A stretch of 64,000 nucleotides of DNA from Thermodesulfobacteriota bacterium (GCA_963675595.2 CAXXLZ010000002.1:3712001-3776000); one strand, 5' to 3'. Positions 1 through 9,023 are shown, counted from the first letter of the stretch. Numbers and translations: made by a program. The notes: generated from the sequence alone by a model not told the origin.

Positions 1-1639
1 CCAAATACATGACATCTTCAATATGTATGCTTTTTTTTATAGGACTAACCTTGCGGATGATATAGCCGGTTGTGCCATAAGACCTCCAATTCTTGATTTT
101 TTTAATTACAATGGAATATTGCTATCTAAGGCATTAGAAAATTATGATAAGCCAAATAGGTTAATTTTGCATCTTGGAGATGCAGCAGATATGTCAACAG
201 CTAACGAGCTATATAATTTTTTCGAGTTAATGAATAAATGCGGTTCTACTTGGTTTATGGCACCAGGCAACCATGATGGATTCTACTATGGAATGAGTAA
301 TCCATTCAAATTCGGAAAAGAATGGGAAAAAGCTTCAACAGATATTTTCAGATCACAAGCAGATGCTGATACTAAGAATAATATCGGAGGTCAGCTAACA
401 AAAGATAGATTTGTCGCCAGCTATTTAGCCGCCTTAATCCTTCAACCGAATGCTCCTTGGGCTGAAACATTGAAGTCTGAGCTCGATGTAAATATTAAAG
501 ACTTAAGATTTAATAAGGAAACCTATTGTGACGTTGTGAGTCAGATATATAATAATGACATAAAATATAATAATCAAGAGATATATGAAAAGGAAATTGA
601 CTTCTCGAAGATCAAAAATTCGAGACTGGATAAGTTAAAGTTTCATATTAATAGAAACGATATCATGCGAGGACAGTCATATATTATGCAATCATTAAAA
701 ATAAACGATAATTTAGATAATATAAGTCAAAATGTATATATTATAGTACTTGATACATCAAGTTATAAGTCATGGCGAACAGTTTTTCACCCTTTTATCC
801 CTTGGTCATGGCTTAGTAATGAATACAATGCAGGAGTGTGGGGCGAGATAGGCAAAGATCAAGCCTGTGTCATGAAAAGTTGGACAGACAGCTACTCTAA
901 AGACTCAAAGTGGATTCTTGCTGGACATCATCCGTATAAAAGCATAAAAATGTCAAAAAACGTGAAAGAAGCATTTAATGTGACCCTTAATAAAGGAAAA
1001 TTACCATATTTCATTTCAGCTCATACCCACTCAGGGAATATTTTTCGGCACGATGATAAGTTTACTGAAATAAATGTCGGTAGTATAGTAGATTATCCTA
1101 TGGAATATAGAGATTTCCAGTTACGAATCGATTCAATATCCAATGTACATATTCAATCTAACCATTACTCACTTATAAATAGTTTTCTTAGTACATACAA
1201 GGATCAACCTAATTACATAATCAACTCGAGTTACTTAGACTACATGAATAGTAATGGCAATTCTCGGGAAATCGAAATTGTTATTAAAACCATGATATTA
1301 GATGTCATTACCGATATTCTAAACCAAATGAAAAACGAAGGGTTATGTGGAAGTTGTGAGAAGGAATTCAAGCTAGTCGAGGATTCGAAGAAAGTTATAA
1401 ATAGGCTAAAAGGCGTACCATCGCATCAAATACGTTTTGATAATGAGCTTGAGGAATTGCAGGCCTATCTGTTAGAGCTAAATGAAATAATACGAGATTC
1501 TAAGTTTCTTGAATCTGAAGTTGGCGAATATTATGCGATGAAGCATTCTTGTTTTGCCAGTAAAGCAGAACATGATGTTAATGGACGAATTAGTAAAAGG
1601 AGAGTCAATAAACTGCGACTTGGTAAGGCAACGAGGTGA
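1..1639 (+). CDS. Calcineurin-like metallophosphoesterase, 5'-truncated by the window edge; AT-rich, probably horizontally acquired
   Basis: Motifs LHLGDAAD, APGNHDG, AGHHPY and SAHTHSG. The frame is open upstream of ATG 23 (QIHDIFN), so the true start is probably outside the window. Much more AT-rich than the rest of the window. Confidence 0.85.
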   Translation, partial: QIHDIFNMYAFFYRTNLADDIAGCAIRPPILDFFNYNGILLSKALENYDKPNRLILHLGDAADMSTANELYNFFELMNKCGSTWFMAPGNHDGFYYGMSNPFKFGKEWEKASTDIFRSQADADTKNNIGGQLTKDRFVASYLAALILQPNAPWAETLKSELDVNIKDLRFNKETYCDVVSQIYNNDIKYNNQEIYEKEIDFSKIKNSRLDKLKFHINRNDIMRGQSYIMQSLKINDNLDNISQNVYIIVLDTSSYKSWRTVFHPFIPWSWLSNEYNAGVWGEIGKDQACVMKSWTDSYSKDSKWILAGHHPYKSIKMSKNVKEAFNVTLNKGKLPYFISAHTHSGNIFRHDDKFTEINVGSIVDYPMEYRDFQLRIDSISNVHIQSNHYSLINSFLSTYKDQPNYIINSSYLDYMNSNGNSREIEIVIKTMILDVITDILNQMKNEGLCGSCEKEFKLVEDSKKVINRLKGVPSHQIRFDNELEELQAYLLELNEIIRDSKFLESEVGEYYAMKHSCFASKAEHDVNGRISKRRVNKLRLGKATR

Positions 1640-1677
1640 AAAGGTTTTCTCTACGCACTGGGTCACATCCTATGAGA

Positions 1678-2084
1678 TAGGGCACGTTGTTGACCGACAT
1701 GACAAACGCTGGTATGCCTTTGGAGTTGTTGATACAGATGAGATGTCCCGACTAAGACGCCCTTCAAACGTATTCCACTTTCATGTCAACACGTCCGTCA
1801 CGGATTGAAGACGACACATGACACTACCGGGCGTATCAGGCGGCCGACGGATCGTATTGGCCGGCTTCCGAGAGGTCCTGATGCCTTCTGAAAGCCGGCA
1901 ATAAGGTAAAGGCAAGTAGCCTTTTTTGTTTTTGGGCGGTAACAGAGCTTGGTCCATCGCACAGGGAACCGGCGCGACGGTTGGAGCTGAGCGCTCCCGC
2001 GGTTGCTTATTCGGTTGAAAGAGGGGAGTCTATTGCCCGTGAAAACGGGTATCGTTTAATGGCGGAGTACTTTACTTTTTTACC
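1678..2084. repeat. ~405-bp non-coding direct repeat, copy 1
   Basis: Aligns without gaps to 6099-6505 at offset 4421, with about 42 mismatches in 404 nt by manual count (~90% identity). Confidence 0.95.
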
Positions 2085-2123
2085 ATCGTCCCTCTATTCC
2101 ATTCGATTTGTTATTCGATATGG

Positions 2124-2188
2124 GTCCAACAACAGGCGGACAACTGGTGATATCCGGCTCGCAACTAGTCGACCGCTGAACCCGAGCG
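2124..2188 (+). other. Degenerate integron attC-like site
   Basis: GTCCAAC (RYYYAAC) ... GCGGAC ... CCGCTGAACCCGAGCG. The terminal GTT is missing and the left arm appears shortened. Confidence 0.4.
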
Positions 2189-2208
2189 AACTTCTTGGAG
2201 GCAAATTC

Positions 2209-5200
2209 ATGCCCGCCTTCATAAAAGACGGTCCCGATATTCCCGAACGACTATTGCAGGCGCAAGAAGATGGGCGCGTGGTCTTCTTCTGCGGTGCGGG
2301 TATTTCCTATGCCGCAGGGTTACCCGGATACTCGGATTTGGTGAAGAGGCTCTATAAAGAAGCGGGAGTCATCCCGAATCCGGTGCAGCAAACTGCGATG
2401 AAGAAGCACCAGTACGACACAGCCTTTGGTCTGTTGGAAGGTTATGCGCTTGGTAAGCGCAAAAGGGCACGATCATTTCTTTCGCAGATATTGAGCCCGA
2501 ATTTGGATGGTTCACATGCGAAAACCATGCACGAAGCATTGCTAACCCTGGCGAGATCGAGGGAAGGGAAGCTGCGTCTCGTAACCACTAACTTCGACCG
2601 GATTTTTGAGGAGATTCTTGGCGACAGCGAAGAGCGTTTCGTAGCTCCTCTGTTACCCGTCCCAAAAAGTCGATGGTGCGGATTGGTATACCTGCACGGG
2701 CTGTTACCTTCAGAGCCGGATCCAGACAAGCTCAACCGGCTCGTGCTGTCCAGCGGCGATTTCGGTCTTGCCTATCTTACGGAGCGTTGGGCCGCTCGTT
2801 TCGTAGGCGAGTTGTTCCGCAATTTTTCGGTTTGTTTCGTCGGGTACAGCATCGGCGACCCCGTGTTGCGTTATATGATGGATGCTCTTGCCGCTGATCG
2901 GCTGATGGGAGAATCTTCGCCGGAGATGTTCGCTTTCGGTGGCTGTTCCAAAGGAAAGGAAACTGAAACGTACAACGAATGGCAGGCGAAAAACGTCACG
3001 CCCATAATGTATTGGAAGCACCGAGAACACGTCCATCTACGTAGGACCTTGCAGGCTTGGGCCGAAGTCTACCGGGACGGCGCAAGCGGCAAACGGATGA
3101 TCCTTGCCCAGCACGCCGCCAGCCCACCGTTGACCTCGTCTCGGGAAGACTATGCCAACGGCAGGGTCTTATGGGCACTTACCGATGGATCGGCGGCCAA
3201 ATTTTTCGCCGACCTCGATCCTGTTCCTCCACTTGAATGGATTGATGTCCTATCCGTGAATCAGTTCGGGATAGAGGATCTGCCCCGGTTTGGAATCAAT
3301 CCTGATGGCAAAGAAGACAAGAATCTGTCTTTCAGCATGATTCGACGGCCCGCGCTACATAGGTTTGCACCGGAAATGTGCTTGGTTGACACGGGTGCTC
3401 GATTCAGTAGATGGGACGACGTGATGAGACATCTGGCCCGCTGGCTCACGCGTCATCTCAACGATCCCCGCCTTGTACTGTGGTTGGCCGAACGGGGTGG
3501 AAGGTTGCACGATGTATTTGTACAACTTGTCAAAGATCGAATCGACGACGTCGATAGATGGCAGCGGACGGATAACAGGGATGAGATGGAATGCATCCTC
3601 AAGGCCGCACCCAACGCCATCCCAATACCTTTCATGCGTACCCTATGGCGGCTTTTTTTAACCGGCCGCGTAAAGACCTCCGGGGACAGAGCAATCAACT
3701 TATACGCATTGGAGGAATGGATCAGAAGGGACGGCTTTACACCAAGTTTTCGTCTGAGGTTTCTGGAGTTGATAAGGCCGCAGGTGAAGTTGCGCGGTGA
3801 GTTTTTCCCGGGAAACAATCGAGCCAGCGTTTCGTCCCAACCGAATCGTACCGAACCATCGGTTGGGTGCGAAGTGGTCCTGTTCGACGATCATGTTCAT
3901 GACACATTGCAGGAATTCAGGAGGGGAGCACACTGGCAAGCGGCTTTGCCGGGCATGTTGAATGACTTTACCGCCCTACTACGCGATGCTCTCGATCTGA
4001 TGGGGGAACTGGGTGGAGCGAACGACCAAGAAGACCGCAGTTATTTCGACCAGCCTTCGATCAGTGAGCATCCGCAGAACAGGGGATTTCACGACTGGAC
4101 CGCGCTGATTGAGCTGACGCGCGATGCCTGGTTGGCCAAGGCGCAAACGGATCCTTCGCGAGCAAGGCATGTGGCCCAAGAATGGATGAGCGTACCCTAT
4201 CCCCTCTTCAAACGTTTGGCCTTCTTTGCCGCCGCTAACAGCGAAGCCGTGCCCCCTGCCACCGCTCTTGGCTGGCTGCTTGACGACGATCACTGGTGGT
4301 TGTGGTCGGATGAGACCGAGCGAGAGGTCATGCGATTGTTGGTGGCTCTGGCGCCGAAACTGGATTCTGAGAGTCGGGGAAAGTTGGAGGAAGCGATCTT
4401 GAAGGGGCCCCCGCGTGAAATGTTTCGGGTTGGACTCGATACTGATAAATTGAACGACATGTTAGACCATGAAGTATGGCTCAGATTGGCCAAAGTGAAG
4501 AATACCGGGGCAACATTGGGTCCACAGGCGGAAACAGAATTGGGTCGATTGGCGGCCCGAAATCCTGAATGGGTACTGGCCAGAGACGAACGTGACGAGT
4601 TTCCTTTTTGGATAGAGAGCGGGTGGGGCGCCAAAGCGGATGGTTCGGCAGACGAGAAGCCAATTGGTCGAGCTTCACTGGTCGAATGGCTCAGAAAGCA
4701 TCCTAAATGTGACCGTTTCAGTGGAGATGACCTTTGGGGCAGAATCTGTCGAGATGATCTTTCAACCGCCGTTGCTGCTTTGGACGACCTGATGTGGGAA
4801 GACCTAGTTTACGGTGATCGATGGGCTGAGCTGTTACAGGTCGCTACAGAAGAAGACTGTCTTGACCTTTCTTGGCCAAGCGTACCAGCAGTTCTCATGA
4901 AAGCGTCAAACGAGCTTCTCATCCAGATCGACCGCTATCTCGGTCGATGGCTGGCATCTCAAGCGGAGGTATTCAAAGAGAAAGAAGAGGTGTTTTTCGG
5001 CCTTATTCGTCGTCTTTTCGAGCTGGATTATGGGGACGACCAACAAGAGCCAGACCCCGTGATAAGAGCGATCAACCATCCTGTCGGACTCGCAACGAAA
5101 GCCCTATTGAATTGGTGGTATCGCCAGGAACTGAGAGAAGCCAAAAGTCTTGAGGATCAGATTCTCAACCTGTTCACAGAACTATGCGACACCAACGTGA

Positions 5201-5982
5201 ACAAGTTCCACTACGGTCGTGTCGTATTGGCGACCCATGTCATTTCGTTGTTTCGCGTTGATGAGGAGTGGACGCGAAATCATTTGCTACCCTTGTTCGA
5301 CTGGCGGCAATCCAATACTGAGGCCTATGGTGCTTGGGGAGGTTTTCTGCAATCTCCGAGGCTATACGGACCGCTTCTATCCGAAATCAAGGGACCCTTC
5401 TTGGAAACGGCAGCACATTACAGCCAGCTTGGGCATTTCGCTGAGCAATTTGCGGGCCTGCTTGCCTTGACCTCCTTGCTTCTTAGCGAAGTATTCACAG
5501 AAAGAGTACTTGCAGAGGCGACAAACAAGTTGCCTGAAAAGGGCCTGGTAAGTGCATTACAAACGGTTACCCGCGCCCTTAAGGGTGCCGGTGACCAGAG
5601 CCAAAATTATTGGAGAAATCGAGTTGCGCCTTATTTGAAGCAGATTTGGCCAAAAAGCAGCGGAAAGCTTACTTTCGCAGTGTCGGAAAACTTCGCAAGG
5701 CTTTTCATTGCTGCTGGAGAAGCCTTCCCGGAAGCGATGCACGAGTTCCACGATTGGCTGAAGCCAGTGCAGTATCCGGGTTCCATCATTCACGGCTTGC
5801 ACGCAAATCGTCTATGTACTCGGTTCCCATCGGATGCCCTTGCTTTATTGGCTGCCGTGATCGGCGAAAACCCGGGCAGGATGCCTGGTAGGCTCCGGAA
5901 TTGTCTTATCGATATCCGTGAGGCGAACCCCGAGTTGGCTGAGGACCCACGCTTTCAAAGGCTCCAACGACTCACCGAATAA
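2209..5982 (+). CDS. dsr1: Defence-associated sirtuin, Dsr1-type (N-terminal SIR2 NADase plus long helical region), 1257 aa
   Basis: GGAGG RBS before ATG 2209. N-terminus GPDIPERLLQAQEDGRVVFFCGAGIS, with SIR2 motifs VTTNFD, YLHG and FVGYSIGDP. The stretch SSGDFGLAYLTERWAARFV and the length match Dsr1. Confidence 0.85.
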   Translation: MPAFIKDGPDIPERLLQAQEDGRVVFFCGAGISYAAGLPGYSDLVKRLYKEAGVIPNPVQQTAMKKHQYDTAFGLLEGYALGKRKRARSFLSQILSPNLDGSHAKTMHEALLTLARSREGKLRLVTTNFDRIFEEILGDSEERFVAPLLPVPKSRWCGLVYLHGLLPSEPDPDKLNRLVLSSGDFGLAYLTERWAARFVGELFRNFSVCFVGYSIGDPVLRYMMDALAADRLMGESSPEMFAFGGCSKGKETETYNEWQAKNVTPIMYWKHREHVHLRRTLQAWAEVYRDGASGKRMILAQHAASPPLTSSREDYANGRVLWALTDGSAAKFFADLDPVPPLEWIDVLSVNQFGIEDLPRFGINPDGKEDKNLSFSMIRRPALHRFAPEMCLVDTGARFSRWDDVMRHLARWLTRHLNDPRLVLWLAERGGRLHDVFVQLVKDRIDDVDRWQRTDNRDEMECILKAAPNAIPIPFMRTLWRLFLTGRVKTSGDRAINLYALEEWIRRDGFTPSFRLRFLELIRPQVKLRGEFFPGNNRASVSSQPNRTEPSVGCEVVLFDDHVHDTLQEFRRGAHWQAALPGMLNDFTALLRDALDLMGELGGANDQEDRSYFDQPSISEHPQNRGFHDWTALIELTRDAWLAKAQTDPSRARHVAQEWMSVPYPLFKRLAFFAAANSEAVPPATALGWLLDDDHWWLWSDETEREVMRLLVALAPKLDSESRGKLEEAILKGPPREMFRVGLDTDKLNDMLDHEVWLRLAKVKNTGATLGPQAETELGRLAARNPEWVLARDERDEFPFWIESGWGAKADGSADEKPIGRASLVEWLRKHPKCDRFSGDDLWGRICRDDLSTAVAALDDLMWEDLVYGDRWAELLQVATEEDCLDLSWPSVPAVLMKASNELLIQIDRYLGRWLASQAEVFKEKEEVFFGLIRRLFELDYGDDQQEPDPVIRAINHPVGLATKALLNWWYRQELREAKSLEDQILNLFTELCDTNVNKFHYGRVVLATHVISLFRVDEEWTRNHLLPLFDWRQSNTEAYGAWGGFLQSPRLYGPLLSEIKGPFLETAAHYSQLGHFAEQFAGLLALTSLLLSEVFTERVLAEATNKLPEKGLVSALQTVTRALKGAGDQSQNYWRNRVAPYLKQIWPKSSGKLTFAVSENFARLFIAAGEAFPEAMHEFHDWLKPVQYPGSIIHGLHANRLCTRFPSDALALLAAVIGENPGRMPGRLRNCLIDIREANPELAEDPRFQRLQRLTE

Positions 5983-6045
5983 ACGCCCCTTCTTTCGTTA
6001 TCCCTCCATAATTGCGCAGGGGGCCGTCCTCCATTTCTCCCCTCG

Positions 6046-6098
6046 ACAAACCACCGGCCTCCGGTCCCTCCACGGCCGGGCGGTTTCCAGTTGTGAAG
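6046..6098 (-). repeat. Duplicated 3' tail of the amidase gene (att-like direct repeat of 7267-7319)
   Basis: 50/53 identical to 7267-7319. Both copies encode [17 protein letters not shown], and all three differences are synonymous. Confidence 0.9.
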
Positions 6099-6505
6099 TA
6101 GGGGACGTTGTTGACTAACATGACAAACGCTGGTAGGCCTTTGGAGTTGTTGACACAGATGAGATGTCCTGACTAACACGCCCTTCAAACGTATTTCACT
6201 TTCTTGTCAACACGTCCGTTCCGGATCGAAGACGACACATGACACTCCTGCGCGTGCTTGGCGGCCGACGGATCGTCTTGGTCGGCTTCCGTGAGCTCCT
6301 AATGTCTTCCGAAAGCCGGCAATAGGGTAAAGGCCAGAAGTCTTTTTTGTTTTTGGGGGGTAAAAGAGCTTGGTCTATCGCACAGGGAGCCGGCGCGACG
6401 GTTGGAGCTGAGCGCTCCCGCGGTTGGTTCTTCCGTTGAAAGAGGGGAATCCATTGCCCGTGAAAACGGGTATCGTTTAATGGCGGAGCAGCTTACTTTT
6501 TTACC
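6099..6505. repeat. ~405-bp non-coding direct repeat, copy 2
   Basis: Ungapped ~90% match to 1678-2084. It begins immediately after the duplicated amidase tail. Confidence 0.95.
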
Positions 6506-6541
6506 GGCCTCCCCATCGGCACCATAAGGATACCAAAATAA

Positions 6542-6667
6542 CTCAAAAAAGGAAGATTGCTGGTCGTAATCCATACTTTTCGAGAAGAAAGTGAAGTGGC
6601 CGTCACTATTAGAAATATTTCAAGCCGAAAAGCAACAATGCAGGAAATCAAAACCTATGGTGAGTGA
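6542..6667 (+). pseudogene. BrnT-family toxin remnant (C-terminal half only)
   Basis: Translates as GRLLVVIHTFREESEVAVTIRNISSRKATMQEIKTYGE*, a typical BrnT C-terminus. There is an in-frame TAA at 6539-6541 and no N-terminus. Confidence 0.75.
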
Positions 6668-6669
6668 AC

Positions 6670-6870
6670 ATGAGAAAAGAGTATGATTTTTCAAAAGGAG
6701 AAAAAGGCAAGTTTTGTCATCCGGATATGAAATTGAACATTCCCATTTATCTTGATGATGAGGTTTCAGCTTTTGTCGACAAAATCGCTTCGAAGAAGGG
6801 AATTGACCGATCCTCGGTAGTGAACGAGCTTTTCAAGGGTGATATAAAGCTCGCTGAGGCCATGGAATAA
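6670..6870 (+). CDS. BrnA/CopG-like antitoxin
   Basis: MRKEYDFSKGEKGKF N-terminus and an RHH-like C-terminus. It lies directly after the BrnT remnant. Confidence 0.8.
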   Translation: MRKEYDFSKGEKGKFCHPDMKLNIPIYLDDEVSAFVDKIASKKGIDRSSVVNELFKGDIKLAEAME

Positions 6871-6879
6871 ATTTCCTTC

Positions 6880-6935
6880 GGAGAACAAAGGCATCCACCG
6901 GATCGCCGTTAAGCGACCGCTTGATGCCGACTGCC
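6880..6935 (+). other. Degenerate integron attC-like site after the antitoxin
   Basis: GAAC-aaa-GGCATC-C-ACCGG-ATCGC...GCGA-CCG...GATGCC-gac inverted-repeat layout, starting 10 bp after the stop codon. The R' GTT is absent. Confidence 0.5.
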
Positions 6936-7104
6936 GATGGCTGTTGTTCAATTCAAGTACTATTATCCTATCCTTGAGCCTCGATCGGCGCGTGACACTC
7001 AAGAATACCTGATGAATACACAATTCGATCAAAGGGCCAAAGCCTCGGCTCCTCAACGGCCGGGAACAGGAACAACATCCAGCGAGGACACCTACTGATC
7101 CCTC

Positions 7105-7186
7105 AGCCTCTCCGCCGAAGGCGGTGAGGCCCGCTTGAAACGTTTCAAGGGGGGCGCACGGGGGGAACTTTTTGAAAAGTTCCCCC
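7105..7186 (-). repeat. REP-like intergenic element (GGGGGAAC-TTTT/AAAA-GTTCCCCC palindrome plus GC hairpin)
   Basis: Reverse-complement match to 12282-12366. The core palindrome also occurs at 8745-8775, with a variant at 10031-10062. Confidence 0.8.
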
Positions 7187-7204
7187 TGTGAACGATTACA
7201 GATC

Positions 7205-7231
7205 GGGAACGGGTTTGAAATCCGCCCCTAC
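7205..7231 (-). repeat. GTAG-type REP sequence
   Basis: The minus strand reads GTAGGGGCGGATTTCAAACCCGTTCCC: a GTAG tetramer followed by an imperfect GC hairpin. Confidence 0.6.
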
Positions 7232-7263
7232 GGGTTCACTGCCGCGCAGGCAGCCCCCTCCTC

Positions 7264-8694
7264 TCAACAAACCACCGGCCTCCGGTCGCGCCACGGCCGG
7301 GCGGTTTCCAGTTGCGAAGCCACACGAAACAAGGTTGTTTCGTCGCCGTATCTCCCCATGAATTGGATCCCGATGGGCAAACCTTCGCCGTTCCAGAACA
7401 GGGGCACGGTCATGGCGGGTTGTCCGGTTACATTGGCCGCCGCGGTAAAGGGCATGAATTCACCGGACCGGAACAGGCCCTTGAGGGGTTCTTCCGGCGG
7501 GGAGTCGAAGGTGCCCAGCGGAACGGGCGGTTCCGCCAGGGTCGGGGTGAGCCACAAATCATAGGTTTCAAAGAATTGCGCGATTTGTCGGGAAATCCCC
7601 TGCAGCACCGTGAGGTTGCGGACGTGGTCCGCGGCCGTCTGCTTGAGGCCGATTTGGTACCAGGCCCAGGTGAGGGGTTCGAATTCCTCCGGAGACAGGC
7701 TCTTGCCCGAAAGCCGCGCCATGTCCATCATGTCCGCCGTCTTGCCTCCGGCCCACAGCTTGAACAGAGCGCTGCCCATGGCTTTGACGTTCATTTCCGG
7801 GGAGGCTTCCTCCACGTGATGGCCCAGTTCGGAACACAAAGCCGCCGCTTTTTGCACCGCGTCCGCGCAATCGGGATGCACAGGATCCCCCTTGGGGGTT
7901 CGATCCGTGAAACCGATGCGCAGGCGTCCGGGTTCCACGCCCAGTTCCCGGCTGAAGGGGCGCTGCGGAGCCGGCGCATAGTAGGGATCGCCCGCGCCGG
8001 GACCGCTGGTGGCGTCCAGCAGGGCGGCGCTGTCGCGGATGGACCGGGTCACCGCGTGTTCACACACCAATCCGTGCATCACGTCCCCGAAGTCGGGACC
8101 CAGCGGATTGCGGCCCCGCGTGGGCTTGAGCCCGAACAGGCCGCAACAGGACGCGGGAATGCGGATGGACCCGCCGCCGTCGTTGGCGTGGGCCATGGGC
8201 ACGATACCTGCGGCCACGGCGGCCGAGGACCCGCCGCTGGACCCTCCGGTGGTGCGTTCCGGATCCCAGGGATTCCGGCAGGGCCCGAAGAGTCGGGATT
8301 CCGCCGTGGGCAGCAGGGCCAGTTCGGACACGTTGGTCTTTCCCAGGAGCACCAAGCCGGCTCGTTTCCAGCGCAGCACGATTTCACTGTCGTGATCCGG
8401 AATGAAATCCTTCATGAACCGGCTGCCGGAAGTCATGGGAAGCCCGGCCCAGAACGCCTGAAAGTCCTTGACCAGAAAAGGCACGCCCCGGAAAGGTTCC
8501 ACGGGAGCCGCGTCTTTGGCCGCTTCCAGAGCCTGGTCGAACGCCTTGGCAATCACTGCGTTCAATTTCGGGTTCAGTGCCTCGATGCGTTCCACGGCCG
8601 CTTGAACCAGTTCCAACGGGGTGATTTCTCTCTTCTTGATGAGTTCCGCCTGCGCAACGGCGTCCAGGAAAGCCAAGTCTTGGTGATCGACCAT
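7264..8694 (-). CDS. Amidase signature family protein
   Basis: [33 protein letters not shown] and GLPIGIQ motifs; 476 aa. Confidence 0.95.
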   Translation of the reverse strand: MVDHQDLAFLDAVAQAELIKKREITPLELVQAAVERIEALNPKLNAVIAKAFDQALEAAKDAAPVEPFRGVPFLVKDFQAFWAGLPMTSGSRFMKDFIPDHDSEIVLRWKRAGLVLLGKTNVSELALLPTAESRLFGPCRNPWDPERTTGGSSGGSSAAVAAGIVPMAHANDGGGSIRIPASCCGLFGLKPTRGRNPLGPDFGDVMHGLVCEHAVTRSIRDSAALLDATSGPGAGDPYYAPAPQRPFSRELGVEPGRLRIGFTDRTPKGDPVHPDCADAVQKAAALCSELGHHVEEASPEMNVKAMGSALFKLWAGGKTADMMDMARLSGKSLSPEEFEPLTWAWYQIGLKQTAADHVRNLTVLQGISRQIAQFFETYDLWLTPTLAEPPVPLGTFDSPPEEPLKGLFRSGEFMPFTAAANVTGQPAMTVPLFWNGEGLPIGIQFMGRYGDETTLFRVASQLETARPWRDRRPVVC

Positions 8695-8744
8695 GGAAAA
8701 TTCCTTTTAGAGGCTTGAGGGTTGGTTTTGGATCAGGGATGGGC

Positions 8745-8775
8745 GGGGGGGGAACTTCTGAAAAAGTTCCCCCCC
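8745..8775. repeat. REP-like palindrome
   Basis: GGGGGGGGAACTTCTGAAAAAGTTCCCCCCC, the same family as 7161-7186 and 12282-12312. Confidence 0.8.
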
Positions 8776-9023
8776 GTTGCCCCCCTTCCAAACTTCCAAA
8801 GCGCGCCGGCCCGCCTTCGGCGTGACGGCTGACGGGCGAGTCCGGGAGAATCGCCGCTGCGAATGAGCCGAAAAAACAGTATAGCCGAGGGGCGTAGGTT
8901 GGATCAATGGATGGAGTTCGCGGAATGAGGGGCCGGAGGGGCGCAGGTGTGGGCTCAATTGGACATGGATGGTGGTTGACGGGCTTGAGTTCGTCGTTTG
9001 TGGAAGAGAGCGCGTCGATGTAT

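Noticed and set aside
1554-1808. 84-aa ORF running into repeat copy 1 as a possible conserved peptide
   Set aside because: The same frame has a stop (GAC TAA) in copy 2, and the mismatches show no clear codon-position bias.
1678-2084. Repeat as a group II intron or CRISPR array
   Set aside because: The minus strand ends in CCCTAY like intron domain VI, but there is no domain V or GTGCG start. There are no regularly spaced short repeats and no cas genes.
1981-2208. N-terminal extension of the 1333-aa ORF
   Set aside because: It overlaps the non-coding repeat and the attC-like relic. The RBS and the Dsr1-like N-terminus point to ATG 2209.
7060-7104. Third possible attC relic (GAAC..ATCCAGCG..CTGAT)
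   Set aside because: Too degenerate; the arms do not pair convincingly.
7312-8718. 468-aa + strand ORF, and similar long antisense ORFs at 10396-11808, 15738-17033, 26416-27519, 35049-36020 and 62970-63947
   Set aside because: These are shadow frames opposite well-supported genes in GC-rich DNA, with no recognisable motifs.
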